Assembly: GCA_041659905.1 (NCBI GenBank)
Contig: JBAZXK010000002.1
Location: forward strand, 201,832-265,831
Direction of reading: 5' to 3'
Origin: Patescibacteria group bacterium
GTDB lineage: Bacteria; Patescibacteriota; Kazan-3B-28; UBA10110
Length of the DNA stretch: 64,000 bases
Shown here one piece after another: positions 48,082-57,177 of the stretch; position 1 is the first letter of the stretch, and every line of letters begins with the position of its first letter. Made by a program: the position numbers and the translations under genes. The notes under the pieces are model-generated. The model made no database searches, was not told the DNA's origin, and saw only the letters and a list, made by a program, of their open reading frames with translations.

Positions 48082-48548
48082 ATGAATCAATCAGAAGAAT
48101 ATCAAAAAGAAGTTTTAGTATTAGCTAAAAAAGCCTTCCGGAAAAAGAAATTCCGGTAGGTGCTATTGTGATAGATAAATCCGGACAAATTATCGGTAGG
48201 GGATATAATTTAGCCCACGCCAAAAAAGATGTTACCGAGCATGCCGAAATTAGAGCCCTCCGGCAGGCCTTCAAAAAGACGGGTGATTGGCGATTGGACG
48301 ATTGCCAGTTAATAGTTAATCTAGAACCATGCTTGATGTGTCTGGGCGCTATAGCTAATGCGCGTATCAAAGAAGTAAGTTATTTTTTAGCTGATCCCCA
48401 ATTCGGCTCGGTCGAAAGTCGCTTAACTAAAAAACAACTGACTAAACTATTTCCGAAACTGATCATAAAAAAGATAAACGACGCTGGAGAGACTAAGCAA
48501 TTATTACAAGATTTCTTTAAAGAATTACGTATTAAAATATATATTTAA
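48082..48548 (+). CDS. tadA: tRNA-specific adenosine deaminase TadA (N-terminus interrupted by a 1-nt frameshift near 48141-48152)
   Basis: HAEIRALRQA and NLEPCLMCLGAI (zinc-binding). Upstream ATG 48082 encodes MNQSEEYQKEVLVLAKKAFRKK, which continues as EIPVGAIVIDKSGQIIGRG only after a frame change. The track ORF starts at GTG 48168. Confidence 0.65.
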
Positions 48549-48713
48549 ATATATATTTTAATATTTAGTGATATGGGGAAAGCTAAAAAGCTGATGTGAT
48601 AGTTTTTACTGATTTGCGTAGAAAATAGCTCTGGCATTGACTTTTTCATTAGAAACCCGTACAATAAGCTGTTCTAATAGCACCTTATCTTATTGTGAGG
48701 GAGGTGATGGCCG

Positions 48714-49262
48714 ATGCAGGCCACTCCAATATTCTGGTATATTGTTGTGTATGCGTTTGGGTCAGGCCCGGTTGCTTCTAATGTTATTCTAGCCAATCTG
48801 GCAGCTGGTTGTTATAATTTTATAACAAACAAGGGCGACAGCGCACTTATCTTCACACAAAAGGAGATACCAGAGATCCCAGGGATCGATCCATCCCGAA
48901 TCCGCTATATTTCATTGAAGCCGAAGGCCCAACCGACATTAAAAATTGCGCACTGGATGATGAATGAAGTAATCCCATCAGCGCGCTTTCATGCCCATCC
49001 GGCTACCAAAATCATGGTGGTAGCAGCCACGCCGCATTTAGGGAGAGCAAAAGGAGACACTGAATATGCGGTGTGGGAATCTGGATTGGATATCGATGTG
49101 AGGGTTTGGGAAGACATTGCGCAGATACCACCTCAGAAGTGGTACTGTAATGAGTCGAAACAGCCGCATACGCGTTCAGCATGGGCCTGGTGGCTTAGGG
49201 AGATACCCATCCTCATTATCCGAGCCATATCAATGCGATGGTACGCCTACAAAACGGGATGA
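48714..49262 (+). CDS. Hypothetical protein
   Basis: ORF only. Start uncertain. Confidence 0.25.
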   Translation: MQATPIFWYIVVYAFGSGPVASNVILANLAAGCYNFITNKGDSALIFTQKEIPEIPGIDPSRIRYISLKPKAQPTLKIAHWMMNEVIPSARFHAHPATKIMVVAATPHLGRAKGDTEYAVWESGLDIDVRVWEDIAQIPPQKWYCNESKQPHTRSAWAWWLREIPILIIRAISMRWYAYKTG

Positions 49263-49349
49263 TTTCTGGCTGCTCATCAAATCTTTTCGAAAAGATCTGT
49301 TTCCAAACAGGTCTTTTTTCATATCAGATTGCCAGTATAATAAGTTTGT

Positions 49350-49440
49350 GGAAGCGTGGCCGAGCGGTTGAAGGCGGCGCTCTCGAAAAGCGTTATACCG
49401 GTTTCCGGTATCAGAGGTTCGAATCCTCTCGCTTCCGCCA
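49350..49440 (+). tRNA. tRNA-Ser (CGA)
   Basis: ggaagcgtggccgagcggttgaaggcggcgctctcgaaaagcgtt + long variable arm ataccggtttccggtat + agaggttcgaatcctctcgcttccgcca. Confidence 0.85.
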
Positions 49441-49493
49441 AAATGACGTTCTCGCAGTTATGTTTGACCGAGCGCAAAAACTAAAGTACACCT

Positions 49494-50945
49494 ATGCTGT
49501 TTAATTCCATTGATTTTGCCATATTCTTACCAATAGTTTTTGTTCTCTATTGGTTTGTTACTAATAAAAATCTCCGGCTTCAGAATATCTTAATCGTCAG
49601 CGCTAGTTTTCTGTTTTATGGCTGGTGGGATTGGCGTTTTCTGCTACTACTGATCGGCAGTATTATTGTTGATTATTTGGTTGGCTTAGGTTTAGCCAAT
49701 CAGGAAAATTCCGCCAAACGCAAATTATTTTTATGGATAAGTATCATCGCCCAAATTGGTCTTCTGGGATTTTTCAAATATTATAACTTTTTCCTGGCTA
49801 GCTTCATCGACGCCTTCACTTTCTTCGGCGCAGACATCTCGGCCAATTCCCTAAACATAATTCTTCCGGTCGGAATCAGTTTTTATACCTTTCAGACGCT
49901 GAGTTACACGATCGATGTTTATAGGAGAAAATTTGCACCTACCCGGGACTTTATTGCCTTTGCTGCATTTGTTAGTTTCTTCCCTCAGTTGGTGGCCGGG
50001 CCGATTGAGCGAGCTGCTAATTTATTACCCCAGTTTTATCGCAGCAGAACCTTCGATTATGCCAAGGCGACCGATGGTCTAAGGCAGATGTTATGGGGAT
50101 TGTTCAAAAAAATTGTCATCGCCGATAACTGTGCTGTCTATGCCGATATGATCTTCAATAATTCTGCCAATTATTCAGGTAGCACTTTGGTCTTGGGAGC
50201 GCTGTTTTTCACCTTCCAAATTTATGGTGATTTTTCCGGGTATTCCGATATAGCTATCGGTACAGCCAGACTATTCGGATTTGATTTGATGAGAAATTTT
50301 GCATTTCCTTATTTCTCGAGAGATATTGCCGAATTCTGGCGGCGTTGGCACATCTCACTCTCGACTTGGTTCAGAGATTATGTCTATATCCCACTGGGCG
50401 GGAGCAGAGGCAGTACCTGGACAAAAGTGCGTAATATCCTGATTGTTTTTTTGGTCAGCGGGTTGTGGCACGGGGCCAACTGGACCTTTGTGGTTTGGGG
50501 AGCGTTGCATGCCACCTATTTTTTACCCTTGTTATTGTTGGGTAAAAACAGAGACCATCTCGATACAGTCGCCCCAGGGAAACTGCTGCCTTCATTAAAG
50601 GAGGTTTGGGCCGTAAGCGCTACCTTTTGGTTAACTGTGTTTGCCTGGATATTTTTCCGTGCCCAAAATATGCACCATGCTCTGAGTTTTATCTCTCAGA
50701 TATTTTCCAAATCACTCCTGACTGTTCCAGATTTCCCTATGAGACTCAAGGCCCTCGTTGTCTTAGTGTTGGTGGTGGGGTTTCTGATAGTGGAATGGGT
50801 AGGGAGAGGGCAGCAGCATGCCCTGGCTAATTTAGGAGGGAGTTTATCGCGACCGCTCCGGTGGAGCGTCTATTTGTTTATTATTCTGATCATTATTATG
50901 TATATGGCAGCGCTGGGAAGCCCCTTTATTTATTTTCAATTTTAA
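49494..50945 (+). CDS. MBOAT-family membrane O-acyltransferase (AlgI/DltB-like)
   Basis: FYTFQTLSYTIDVYRRK and WRRWHISLSTWFRDYVYIPLGGSRG (catalytic His region). Confidence 0.8.
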   Translation: MLFNSIDFAIFLPIVFVLYWFVTNKNLRLQNILIVSASFLFYGWWDWRFLLLLIGSIIVDYLVGLGLANQENSAKRKLFLWISIIAQIGLLGFFKYYNFFLASFIDAFTFFGADISANSLNIILPVGISFYTFQTLSYTIDVYRRKFAPTRDFIAFAAFVSFFPQLVAGPIERAANLLPQFYRSRTFDYAKATDGLRQMLWGLFKKIVIADNCAVYADMIFNNSANYSGSTLVLGALFFTFQIYGDFSGYSDIAIGTARLFGFDLMRNFAFPYFSRDIAEFWRRWHISLSTWFRDYVYIPLGGSRGSTWTKVRNILIVFLVSGLWHGANWTFVVWGALHATYFLPLLLLGKNRDHLDTVAPGKLLPSLKEVWAVSATFWLTVFAWIFFRAQNMHHALSFISQIFSKSLLTVPDFPMRLKALVVLVLVVGFLIVEWVGRGQQHALANLGGSLSRPLRWSVYLFIILIIIMYMAALGSPFIYFQF

Positions 50946-50953
50946 ATAAAACC

Positions 50954-51925
50954 GTGAAAAAATTTCTCAAAGATTTAGCGTTATTTATCGGCCTCACTCT
51001 GCTGATTTATCCAGTTTTAGTGATAGTTTGGGGTGAGCTAATTCCGGGACGCTTAATTTTCAATTTAAATTATCCTCGCGGGGGCTATGGGCATACTTAT
51101 TCTCGGATTCACGAAATTGATCAGTATCCCAATGTTGACGTGCTGTTTGTCGGATCATCGCATGTTTATCGGGGGTTTGATACCCGCATATTTGCTGCCC
51201 ACCGGATCACTTCATTTAACCTGGGTTCCAGCTTGCAAACACCCATCCAAACTAAACTATTACTGGAAAGATATTTGGACATTTTTAACCCCAAACTGAT
51301 TATTTATGAGGTGTGTCATGACAGTTTTTCTTCCGATGGGGTGGAGTCGTCTTTAGATATAATTGCGAATGATCGGATAGGTTGGGACACTTGGCAGATG
51401 GTGGGGGACACGTTGAACATAAAAACCATTAATGCGCTTATTTTTGGATTGTATAAACAACAATTTAGCTCTAATGCGAATTTTATAGAACCAGCCACAA
51501 AGAACGGAGACACTTACATCTCTGGCGGTTATGTCGAGAAAACATCAGCCTACTATCAGCCACAAAAACATACCCTCAGCTCGTGGGTATTAAATAGTAA
51601 ACAAACTAAAACCTTCCGCCAAACTGTTAATATGATAAACGAGCGCGAGATAAAGTTGTTAGTAGTCCAAGCTCCCGTGACCAAGATTTTATTTGATTCG
51701 TATGCGAATAATAACGAGATTGATGCCTGGTTTAAGGAGTTGGCGCCATATGTCAATTTCAATAATTATTCTCAACTACAGCTATCTGATACCCAACACT
51801 TTTATGATGATCAGCATTTAAACCAGATTGGAGTAGAATTATTTAATAATCAACTGATAGATTATTTATTCAGCCATGCGTTGGTAAATCAAGAGCTTCG
51901 ATATAGTTTCGTGGATATGTTTTAA
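50954..51925 (+). CDS. Membrane-anchored SGNH-like hydrolase/acyltransferase partner of MBOAT (AlgX/AlgJ/DltD-like role, inferred)
   Basis: GTG start giving MKKFLKDLALFIGLTLLIY (TM). LFVGSSHVYRGFD (Ser block). FYDDQHLNQIG (Asp-His block). Confidence 0.45.
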   Translation: MKKFLKDLALFIGLTLLIYPVLVIVWGELIPGRLIFNLNYPRGGYGHTYSRIHEIDQYPNVDVLFVGSSHVYRGFDTRIFAAHRITSFNLGSSLQTPIQTKLLLERYLDIFNPKLIIYEVCHDSFSSDGVESSLDIIANDRIGWDTWQMVGDTLNIKTINALIFGLYKQQFSSNANFIEPATKNGDTYISGGYVEKTSAYYQPQKHTLSSWVLNSKQTKTFRQTVNMINEREIKLLVVQAPVTKILFDSYANNNEIDAWFKELAPYVNFNNYSQLQLSDTQHFYDDQHLNQIGVELFNNQLIDYLFSHALVNQELRYSFVDMF

Positions 51926-51932
51926 TAAAGGT

Positions 51933-52208
51933 ATGAACCATTCAACATCACAGGGACCAGTTTGTCAGAGTTGCGGCATGCCGCTTCGTAGATCGGCAGA
52001 TTTTGGCACTAACGAAGACGGCAGCAAAAATGAGGATTATTGCCGTTATTGTTGGCAAACAGGCGCTTTTACCGAACCGAAGATCACCATGGATCAGATG
52101 GTAGATAAAGTTGCCCAGATGATGATGGAAATGCAAGGAATTTCCGAAGATCATGCCATTGAAATGTGTGTGCATTTTATCCCAAAACTCTCCCGCTGGC
52201 GGAAATAA
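51933..52208 (+). CDS. Zinc-ribbon domain protein
   Basis: CQSCGMP...CRYCW four-Cys arrangement. Confidence 0.5.
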   Translation: MNHSTSQGPVCQSCGMPLRRSADFGTNEDGSKNEDYCRYCWQTGAFTEPKITMDQMVDKVAQMMMEMQGISEDHAIEMCVHFIPKLSRWRK

Positions 52209-52265
52209 AAAAATACCCCAGGCTAAATACTGGGGCATTTTGTTTGTAAGAGAGGAAAATCAGAA

Positions 52266-52529
52266 TCAGGCGGCTGCGGTATTCTTCCCCTGTTTCTTCG
52301 GCGGCGGGAAGAGTTTTTCGCGGTCAATTTTAAGCGCTCGCGCGAGCTTCTCTTTAGTCAGTTCCATCGGTTCAGATAGCTGATTCTCCGCGAACGAGAT
52401 GGTCACCTGGCTCACGCCGCTAACCTTCGCCAGTTCCTTCTGAGTCATCAATCTTTTGACTCTGTAATCTCTCAGATAGTTCAATGTGCTCTCTTCCTTT
52501 GGCTGTCCAGTGTCGGTGGCGGACAGCAT
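52266..52529 (-). CDS. XRE-family HTH transcriptional regulator
   Basis: LMTQKELAKVSGVSQVTISFAEN. Confidence 0.65.
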   Translation of the reverse strand: MLSATDTGQPKEESTLNYLRDYRVKRLMTQKELAKVSGVSQVTISFAENQLSEPMELTKEKLARALKIDREKLFPPPKKQGKNTAAA

Positions 52530-52610
52530 GGATTTAGTATACGAAAAATCAGCTCTCAGTCAAGTATTTTGCTATAATGAACCTAGTATATACTAGATAG
52601 AGATATTTTC

Positions 52611-53411
52611 ATGAAAATAGGGATTTTTGATTCCGGCTTAGGAGGCTTGTTGCTCACGCGCAGCCTGGTTGAAGCGTTACCGCAATACGATTACGTTTAT
52701 TTAGGCGATACTGCTCGAGTGCCTTATGGTAATCGTTCTCAGGCCGCTGTCTATGAATTTACCAAGCAAGCCGTTGAGTATTTATTTAACCAGGATTGCC
52801 AACTAATTATTTTAGCTTGCAATACTGCCTCAGCCGAGGCCTTGCGTAGAATCCAGCAAGAATATCTATCAAAACATTATCCAGAGCGGCGGGTATTGGG
52901 AGTGATTATCCCAACTGCCGAAGCGACTGTAGCCGAACATCCCCAAAAAATAGGCGTATTAGCGACTACCAGCACGGTTAATTCAGGTACATATCTTAGA
53001 GAACTGCATAAATTGGATTCGCATCTTCAGATTGTTCAACAAACCGCCCCCTTGCTGGTGCCTTTGATTGAAAATGATGGTTTACAATGGATCGAGCCTA
53101 TCTTAGAGAGCTACTTAAAGCCGCTGCGAGAAGCGCATATAAATACTCTGATTTTAGGCTGCACTCATTATCCTTTCATTAAGGATTTAATCAGACAAAA
53201 ACTGCCGACCGAGGTGAAAGTGTTATCGCAAGATGAAATTATTCCAGATAAACTGCGTGATTACCTGGAGCGTCATCCCGAAATTGATCAGTTGCTGGCC
53301 AAAGGCGGGGAGAGGAAATATCTAGTCACCGATTTAACCGAAAACATCCAAACTCTCGCCAAGGATTTATTTGGGTCAGAAATTATATTGGAACTAGTCA
53401 GTTTAGAATAA
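52611..53411 (+). CDS. murI: Glutamate racemase
   Basis: KIGIFDSGLGGLLL, YVYLGDTARVPYG, LACNTASAEAL, LGCTHYP. Confidence 0.85.
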   Translation: MKIGIFDSGLGGLLLTRSLVEALPQYDYVYLGDTARVPYGNRSQAAVYEFTKQAVEYLFNQDCQLIILACNTASAEALRRIQQEYLSKHYPERRVLGVIIPTAEATVAEHPQKIGVLATTSTVNSGTYLRELHKLDSHLQIVQQTAPLLVPLIENDGLQWIEPILESYLKPLREAHINTLILGCTHYPFIKDLIRQKLPTEVKVLSQDEIIPDKLRDYLERHPEIDQLLAKGGERKYLVTDLTENIQTLAKDLFGSEIILELVSLE

Positions 53412-53509
53412 ATCAGAATCGGTAGCCCATGCTATACCAAGGCTTCCGTCTTCGCATCAGCTGCGCCGGAATATGACGCAGGGCAGTCTTCGCTTTTATT
53501 TAATATATG

Positions 53510-53548
53510 GCGAAGCCAGGCGTAGCTTCCGTAAGGAAGCGAAGACTG
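53510..53548 (-). other. Conserved tRNA 3' trailer motif, copy 2 (downstream of tRNA-Gly on the minus strand)
   Basis: Minus strand reads cagtcttcgcttccttacggaagctacgcctggcttcgc. Hairpin gcttcc-ttac-ggaagc. Confidence 0.5.
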
Positions 53549-53620
53549 GAGCGGGATACCAGAATCGGACTGGCGCCTCAACCTTGGGAAGGTCGCATTC
53601 TACCACTAAACTAATCCCGC
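53547..53620 (-). tRNA. tRNA-Gly (CCC)
   Basis: Reverse complement gcgggattagtttagtggtagaatgcgaccttcccaaggttgaggcgccagtccgattctggtatcccgctcca. Loop TTCCCAA. Confidence 0.85.
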
Positions 53621-53739
53621 ACTATTTTCTGTCAGTTGCTCTAAATGCTAACTACTAAATGCTAGATGCTATCTCATTATACCAATTGCCCCAACTACTA
53701 GGTTGGAGAAATTAGTTTAATTGGTTATATTGGATAGAG

Positions 53740-53949
53740 TTACGTTGTAGCTCTTTTCCTTTTTGTCGCTGGTTTGGATAGTGTTTTCCGGCATTTGGCG
53801 CAGACCAGTGCAGATGTCCGACGGCCACCTGCGGTAGTCGTCATCTTAGCCAAATTAGGCTGCCAAGTATGCGGAGTATGCCGCTTGGAGTGGCTCACAT
53901 TGTGTCCGGTTTGCCGACCCTTGCCGCAGATAGTACAGATTCTACTCAT
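53740..53949 (-). CDS. rpmB: 50S ribosomal protein L28
   Basis: MSRICTICGKGRQTGHNVSHSKRHTPHTWQPNL matches the L28 N-terminal consensus. Confidence 0.8.
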   Translation of the reverse strand: MSRICTICGKGRQTGHNVSHSKRHTPHTWQPNLAKMTTTAGGRRTSALVCAKCRKTLSKPATKRKRATT

Positions 53950-54010
53950 AGTCTTTTCTTTAACTTTCCCCAGCTTATCAACTTATTCGATAATTCGCAA
54001 CTATAATTTT

Positions 54011-54670
54011 ATGCTGCTAGGCTCACTTTCTTTCACTACCATCGTGTTTGCTATCGTTGCCCTGATCATTGCTATCACGGTCCACGAATTTTCCCATGCC
54101 CTGATTGCTACTTGGATGGGTGATTCCACGGCTAAATTATCCGGCAGATTAACTCTTAATCCGTTAGCTCATCTCGATCCGGTTGGTTCAGTGGTGTTAT
54201 TGATCGCTGGATTTGGCTGGGGCAAGCCGGTGCCTTATAATCCGCATTTTGTCCGGCGGGGAGTCTGGGGCGAAGCTCTGATAGCTTTAGCCGGGCCGGT
54301 TAGTAATATTATAGTAGCCGCATTGTTTGCTTTGCCGGCCAGAATTTATTTTATGCAAACTGGGCAATTAGCCGATGGTAATATTTTTAAATTCTTGGCC
54401 ACGGTAGTGGTGCTCAATGTCGCTTTAGCCGCTTTTAATTTGTTTCCCATTCCGCCTTTGGATGGATCTAAAGTTTTGTATTTAATTTTAGATCGGCTGA
54501 CCTTCGGTAATGTAGATTGGTGGCCGAATTTTGAGCGCATGGGACCGATGATTTTATTGACTTTATTGTTCGCCGAGCGGCTATTCAGTATCAACATTAT
54601 TTTTAGGCTCCTAGACCCTATTATATTTTTGATCAACTGGATTACTGGCGCTAGTGGCCCAATTTTTTAG
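54011..54670 (+). CDS. Site-2 protease family (M50) membrane metalloprotease
   Basis: HEFSHAL (HExxH) and NLFPIPPLDG (LDG motif). The track ORF start 53774 was trimmed to ATG 54011 because the extension is antisense to rpmB. Confidence 0.7.
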   Translation: MLLGSLSFTTIVFAIVALIIAITVHEFSHALIATWMGDSTAKLSGRLTLNPLAHLDPVGSVVLLIAGFGWGKPVPYNPHFVRRGVWGEALIALAGPVSNIIVAALFALPARIYFMQTGQLADGNIFKFLATVVVLNVALAAFNLFPIPPLDGSKVLYLILDRLTFGNVDWWPNFERMGPMILLTLLFAERLFSINIIFRLLDPIIFLINWITGASGPIF

Positions 54671-54915
54671 ATGAGTTTTGCAGACGTAGTGTTGACGCTA
54701 TTTGTTTTGGCAATGGTAAAATAAAAGTACTCCATTGTATTCGCTAGCAATTTTGACCCAACAAAATTTCTGATACGGGATCCCTATATCGCCACGGTCC
54801 TATTAGCAAGTTGTGTCTCAAAAAATACGACTTCCTAATCGGGCTGTGGTTGCGGGAACCCACCTAGTTTACTAGGATCAGAATTTGTCTGGCGAATCTA
54901 TGGAGCTTTTAATAT

Positions 54916-55180
54916 TCCCCTCCTGCCGGAGGAGGGGTTAGGGGAGGTGGGAGTATATATTCCCCGAGCGGAGTCGAGGGGCTACCTTTGATTTTGTAAA
55001 ATCATTAAAACATTTTCTTGTTACCTTTCCAGAAAGGTAACACCAAAGCTTCAGGCAGTCGTCGAGGCTATGAAATGGCAAAAATCTCTGGGTGTTCTCG
55101 CTAAACTCGCCCTGCTGGGCTCACACATAGCTTCACCCACAGAGATTTTACTCATTTCATTACCGCCTCTCCTCCAATGC
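54916..55180. repeat. Repeated structured element, copy B (candidate ncRNA)
   Basis: See copy A. Hairpin cccctcctgccggaggagggg replaces cctccccttaccgaggggagg. Hairpin gttacctttccagaaaggtaac replaces gctaccactttgctcgtctttggtggtagc. Confidence 0.5.
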
Positions 55181-55259
55181 CCGTTTTAGAACTGCAAAAC
55201 CAGTGGCTCAATAATCCGTCGGATGGCGGATTGGGGCGCTGGAGCCGGAGGAGGGATTC

Positions 55260-55334
55260 GAACCCTCGACTTGCTGTTTACGAAACAGCTACTCTACCAC
55301 TGAGTTACTCCGGCATATTCATACACCTAAGATA
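55260..55334 (-). tRNA. tRNA-Thr (CGU)
   Basis: Reverse complement gccggagtaactcagtggtagagtagctgtttcgtaaacagcaagtcgagggttcgaatccctcctccggctcca. Loop TTCGTAA. Confidence 0.85.
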
Positions 55335-55402
55335 AATATACTATACCAATAAAAAAGAGCGCTACCTTACTCAAGGTAGCGCTATAATTGCAAACCTAAC
55401 AA

Positions 55403-56119
55403 TTACATTGCTCTTACAGTTTTTACAGGCAGATTGTTCCCCTTCGATGTGCGGATATTAGCCAATTTGGCTATTTCCTTGAGATCTGCGTCCCAGTCGA
55501 TGGGTCTGTTCAAGGTCGTACTGACTAAGTCAGCGGCCTGTTTAATGCACTGAAACAACTTGAACAGATCTACATTAGCGCCCTTCCAAATGTTTGCGAC
55601 GTCTTGGTTACCAATCGCCAATGTGGTTTTGGTGTTATTGCGTGAGCATGCCTCTGGCCAAAGCAATTCCACAAGACAATCACCATCTACTAAAGGAAAT
55701 TCTTCCTCCCGCCACTCTATGAATGGGTCTGTGGTGGGGGGATGAATGTGCACTTTTGCGTATCCACCCGTATTGACGCTGAATAACGCATCCCGGCTGA
55801 ATAACCTATCAATCACATTGTCCTTGGGTATCGATTGATAATTTAAGAAGTTATTCGTCGGAGGCAATATAGCAACGTTTATGAATTCGAGAACGGGACC
55901 ATACCAATCCCTAAAAATGTTTCCCCCGACGCGCGTATCACGGAAATGAATCGTTACTATTAATTCTCCCTCTCTCTCGGATACTTTTTCTTGCAGGCCG
56001 ATAAGAACTTGGCGATGTTTGTTGTACTCGTCCTGGTCAGGAATAGGATGAGCATATCGATCCAAAAACTTATCAATAGCTTTAACCCCATGATAAACCT
56101 TCGTTTTATTGCTAGGCAT
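55403..56119 (-). CDS. Hypothetical protein (238 aa) in a tRNA-flanked islet
   Basis: ORF only. No motif recognised. Confidence 0.4.
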   Translation of the reverse strand: MPSNKTKVYHGVKAIDKFLDRYAHPIPDQDEYNKHRQVLIGLQEKVSEREGELIVTIHFRDTRVGGNIFRDWYGPVLEFINVAILPPTNNFLNYQSIPKDNVIDRLFSRDALFSVNTGGYAKVHIHPPTTDPFIEWREEEFPLVDGDCLVELLWPEACSRNNTKTTLAIGNQDVANIWKGANVDLFKLFQCIKQAADLVSTTLNRPIDWDADLKEIAKLANIRTSKGNNLPVKTVRAM

Positions 56120-56334
56120 TTAAGCCTCCTTTACCTGTTCACAGGTAGGTACTTTCTAATGTTAATATGCGAGAACATCTTATAGTATCAAAAATAACCC
56201 CGCTGGCATAGACGAATACCCAAATTACAAACCGAAGCACGCAGTGCTGTTTGTAATTTGGAGAGGAGCAGTGACAAAGCGTTTATGACTTTTGCAAAAC
56301 TAGCAAAAGGATAAAGTGGAGTCCACTGCGACGA

Positions 56335-56411
56335 TGGTCGGGGTGCCGAGATTCGAACTCGGGACCTCACGCCCCCTAGACGTGCGCCATAAACCACTAG
56401 GCTACACCCCG
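56335..56411 (-). tRNA. tRNA-Pro, anticodon loop CUAGGGG (anticodon AGG if the stem is canonical; A34 is unusual)
   Basis: Reverse complement cggggtgtagcctagtggtttatggcgcacgtctagggggcgtgaggtcccgagttcgaatctcggcaccccgacca. Acceptor stem identical to tRNA-Pro(CGG). Confidence 0.75.
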
Positions 56412-56651
56412 TATTTTCAATATATCTCTCAGAAGTCTATGGCCAGAACCTTGTTTGAAGTATGTCTCTCTTTGCTTGGCCTGGGCTCGGGTATCATAAT
56501 CTTCTTGATAAATTATCTTCCATGGACCGCCTATTTTCTTAGTATAACTAGATATTCCCTTGTTGTGAGCGTCCAGGCGATTACTTAGATTAGCTGTCTG
56601 GCCAATATATATCTTACCCTGGCTATTGGCAATGACATAGACATAATACAT
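56397..56651 (-). CDS. Small GIY-YIG nuclease family protein (YhbQ-like); 3' end overlaps the tRNA-Pro 5' end
   Basis: MYYVYVIANSQGKIYIGQTANLSNRLDAHN. Confidence 0.7.
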   Translation of the reverse strand: MYYVYVIANSQGKIYIGQTANLSNRLDAHNKGISSYTKKIGGPWKIIYQEDYDTRAQAKQRETYFKQGSGHRLLRDILKIRGVA

Positions 56652-56742
56652 ATCTATTAGTTAGCCATAAATTCTGCTGTACAGCAGAACTACACCCCGT
56701 TTATCAATCCTATTTAATCATATCAGGTGTTATTATATAAAC

Positions 56743-57171
56743 ATGCAAAAATACATTCTTTATACAGATGGGGGGGCCAGAGGCAACCCGGGGCCGGCGG
56801 CGGCCGGGGTGGTGATTTATGATGCACACCTAAAAGAAGTTGATAAATTCGCCCATTATTTGGGAGTAGCCACGAATAATCAAGCGGAATATCAAGCGCT
56901 GATTTTAGGGCTGGGCCGGATTCAAAAACTGGTGGGCGATGCCCATAAAATTGCCGAAACTGCGGTGGAAGTATTTATGGACAGCGAATTGATCGTGAAA
57001 CAACTCTCCGGCGAATACCGCGTGAAAAACAAAGACCTAAAACCGTTAGTGGCCAAAGTCGAAGAATTGGTAGCTAAATTCGCGGCAGTCAAATTCCAAC
57101 ACATTTTCCGCGACAAAAACACTCTCGCCGATAAGTTATTGAATATCGAACTGGATAAACATACTGTCTAA
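56743..57171 (+). CDS. rnhA: Ribonuclease HI
   Basis: ILYTDGGARGNPGPAAAGVVIYD...ATNNQAEYQALILGL. Confidence 0.75.
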   Translation: MQKYILYTDGGARGNPGPAAAGVVIYDAHLKEVDKFAHYLGVATNNQAEYQALILGLGRIQKLVGDAHKIAETAVEVFMDSELIVKQLSGEYRVKNKDLKPLVAKVEELVAKFAAVKFQHIFRDKNTLADKLLNIELDKHTV

Positions 57172-57177
57172 ATAAAA

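Noticed and set aside
53774-54010. N-terminal extension of the site-2 protease ORF
   Set aside because: The extension is antisense to rpmB and lacks protease-family features. The HExxH protein starts cleanly at ATG 54011.
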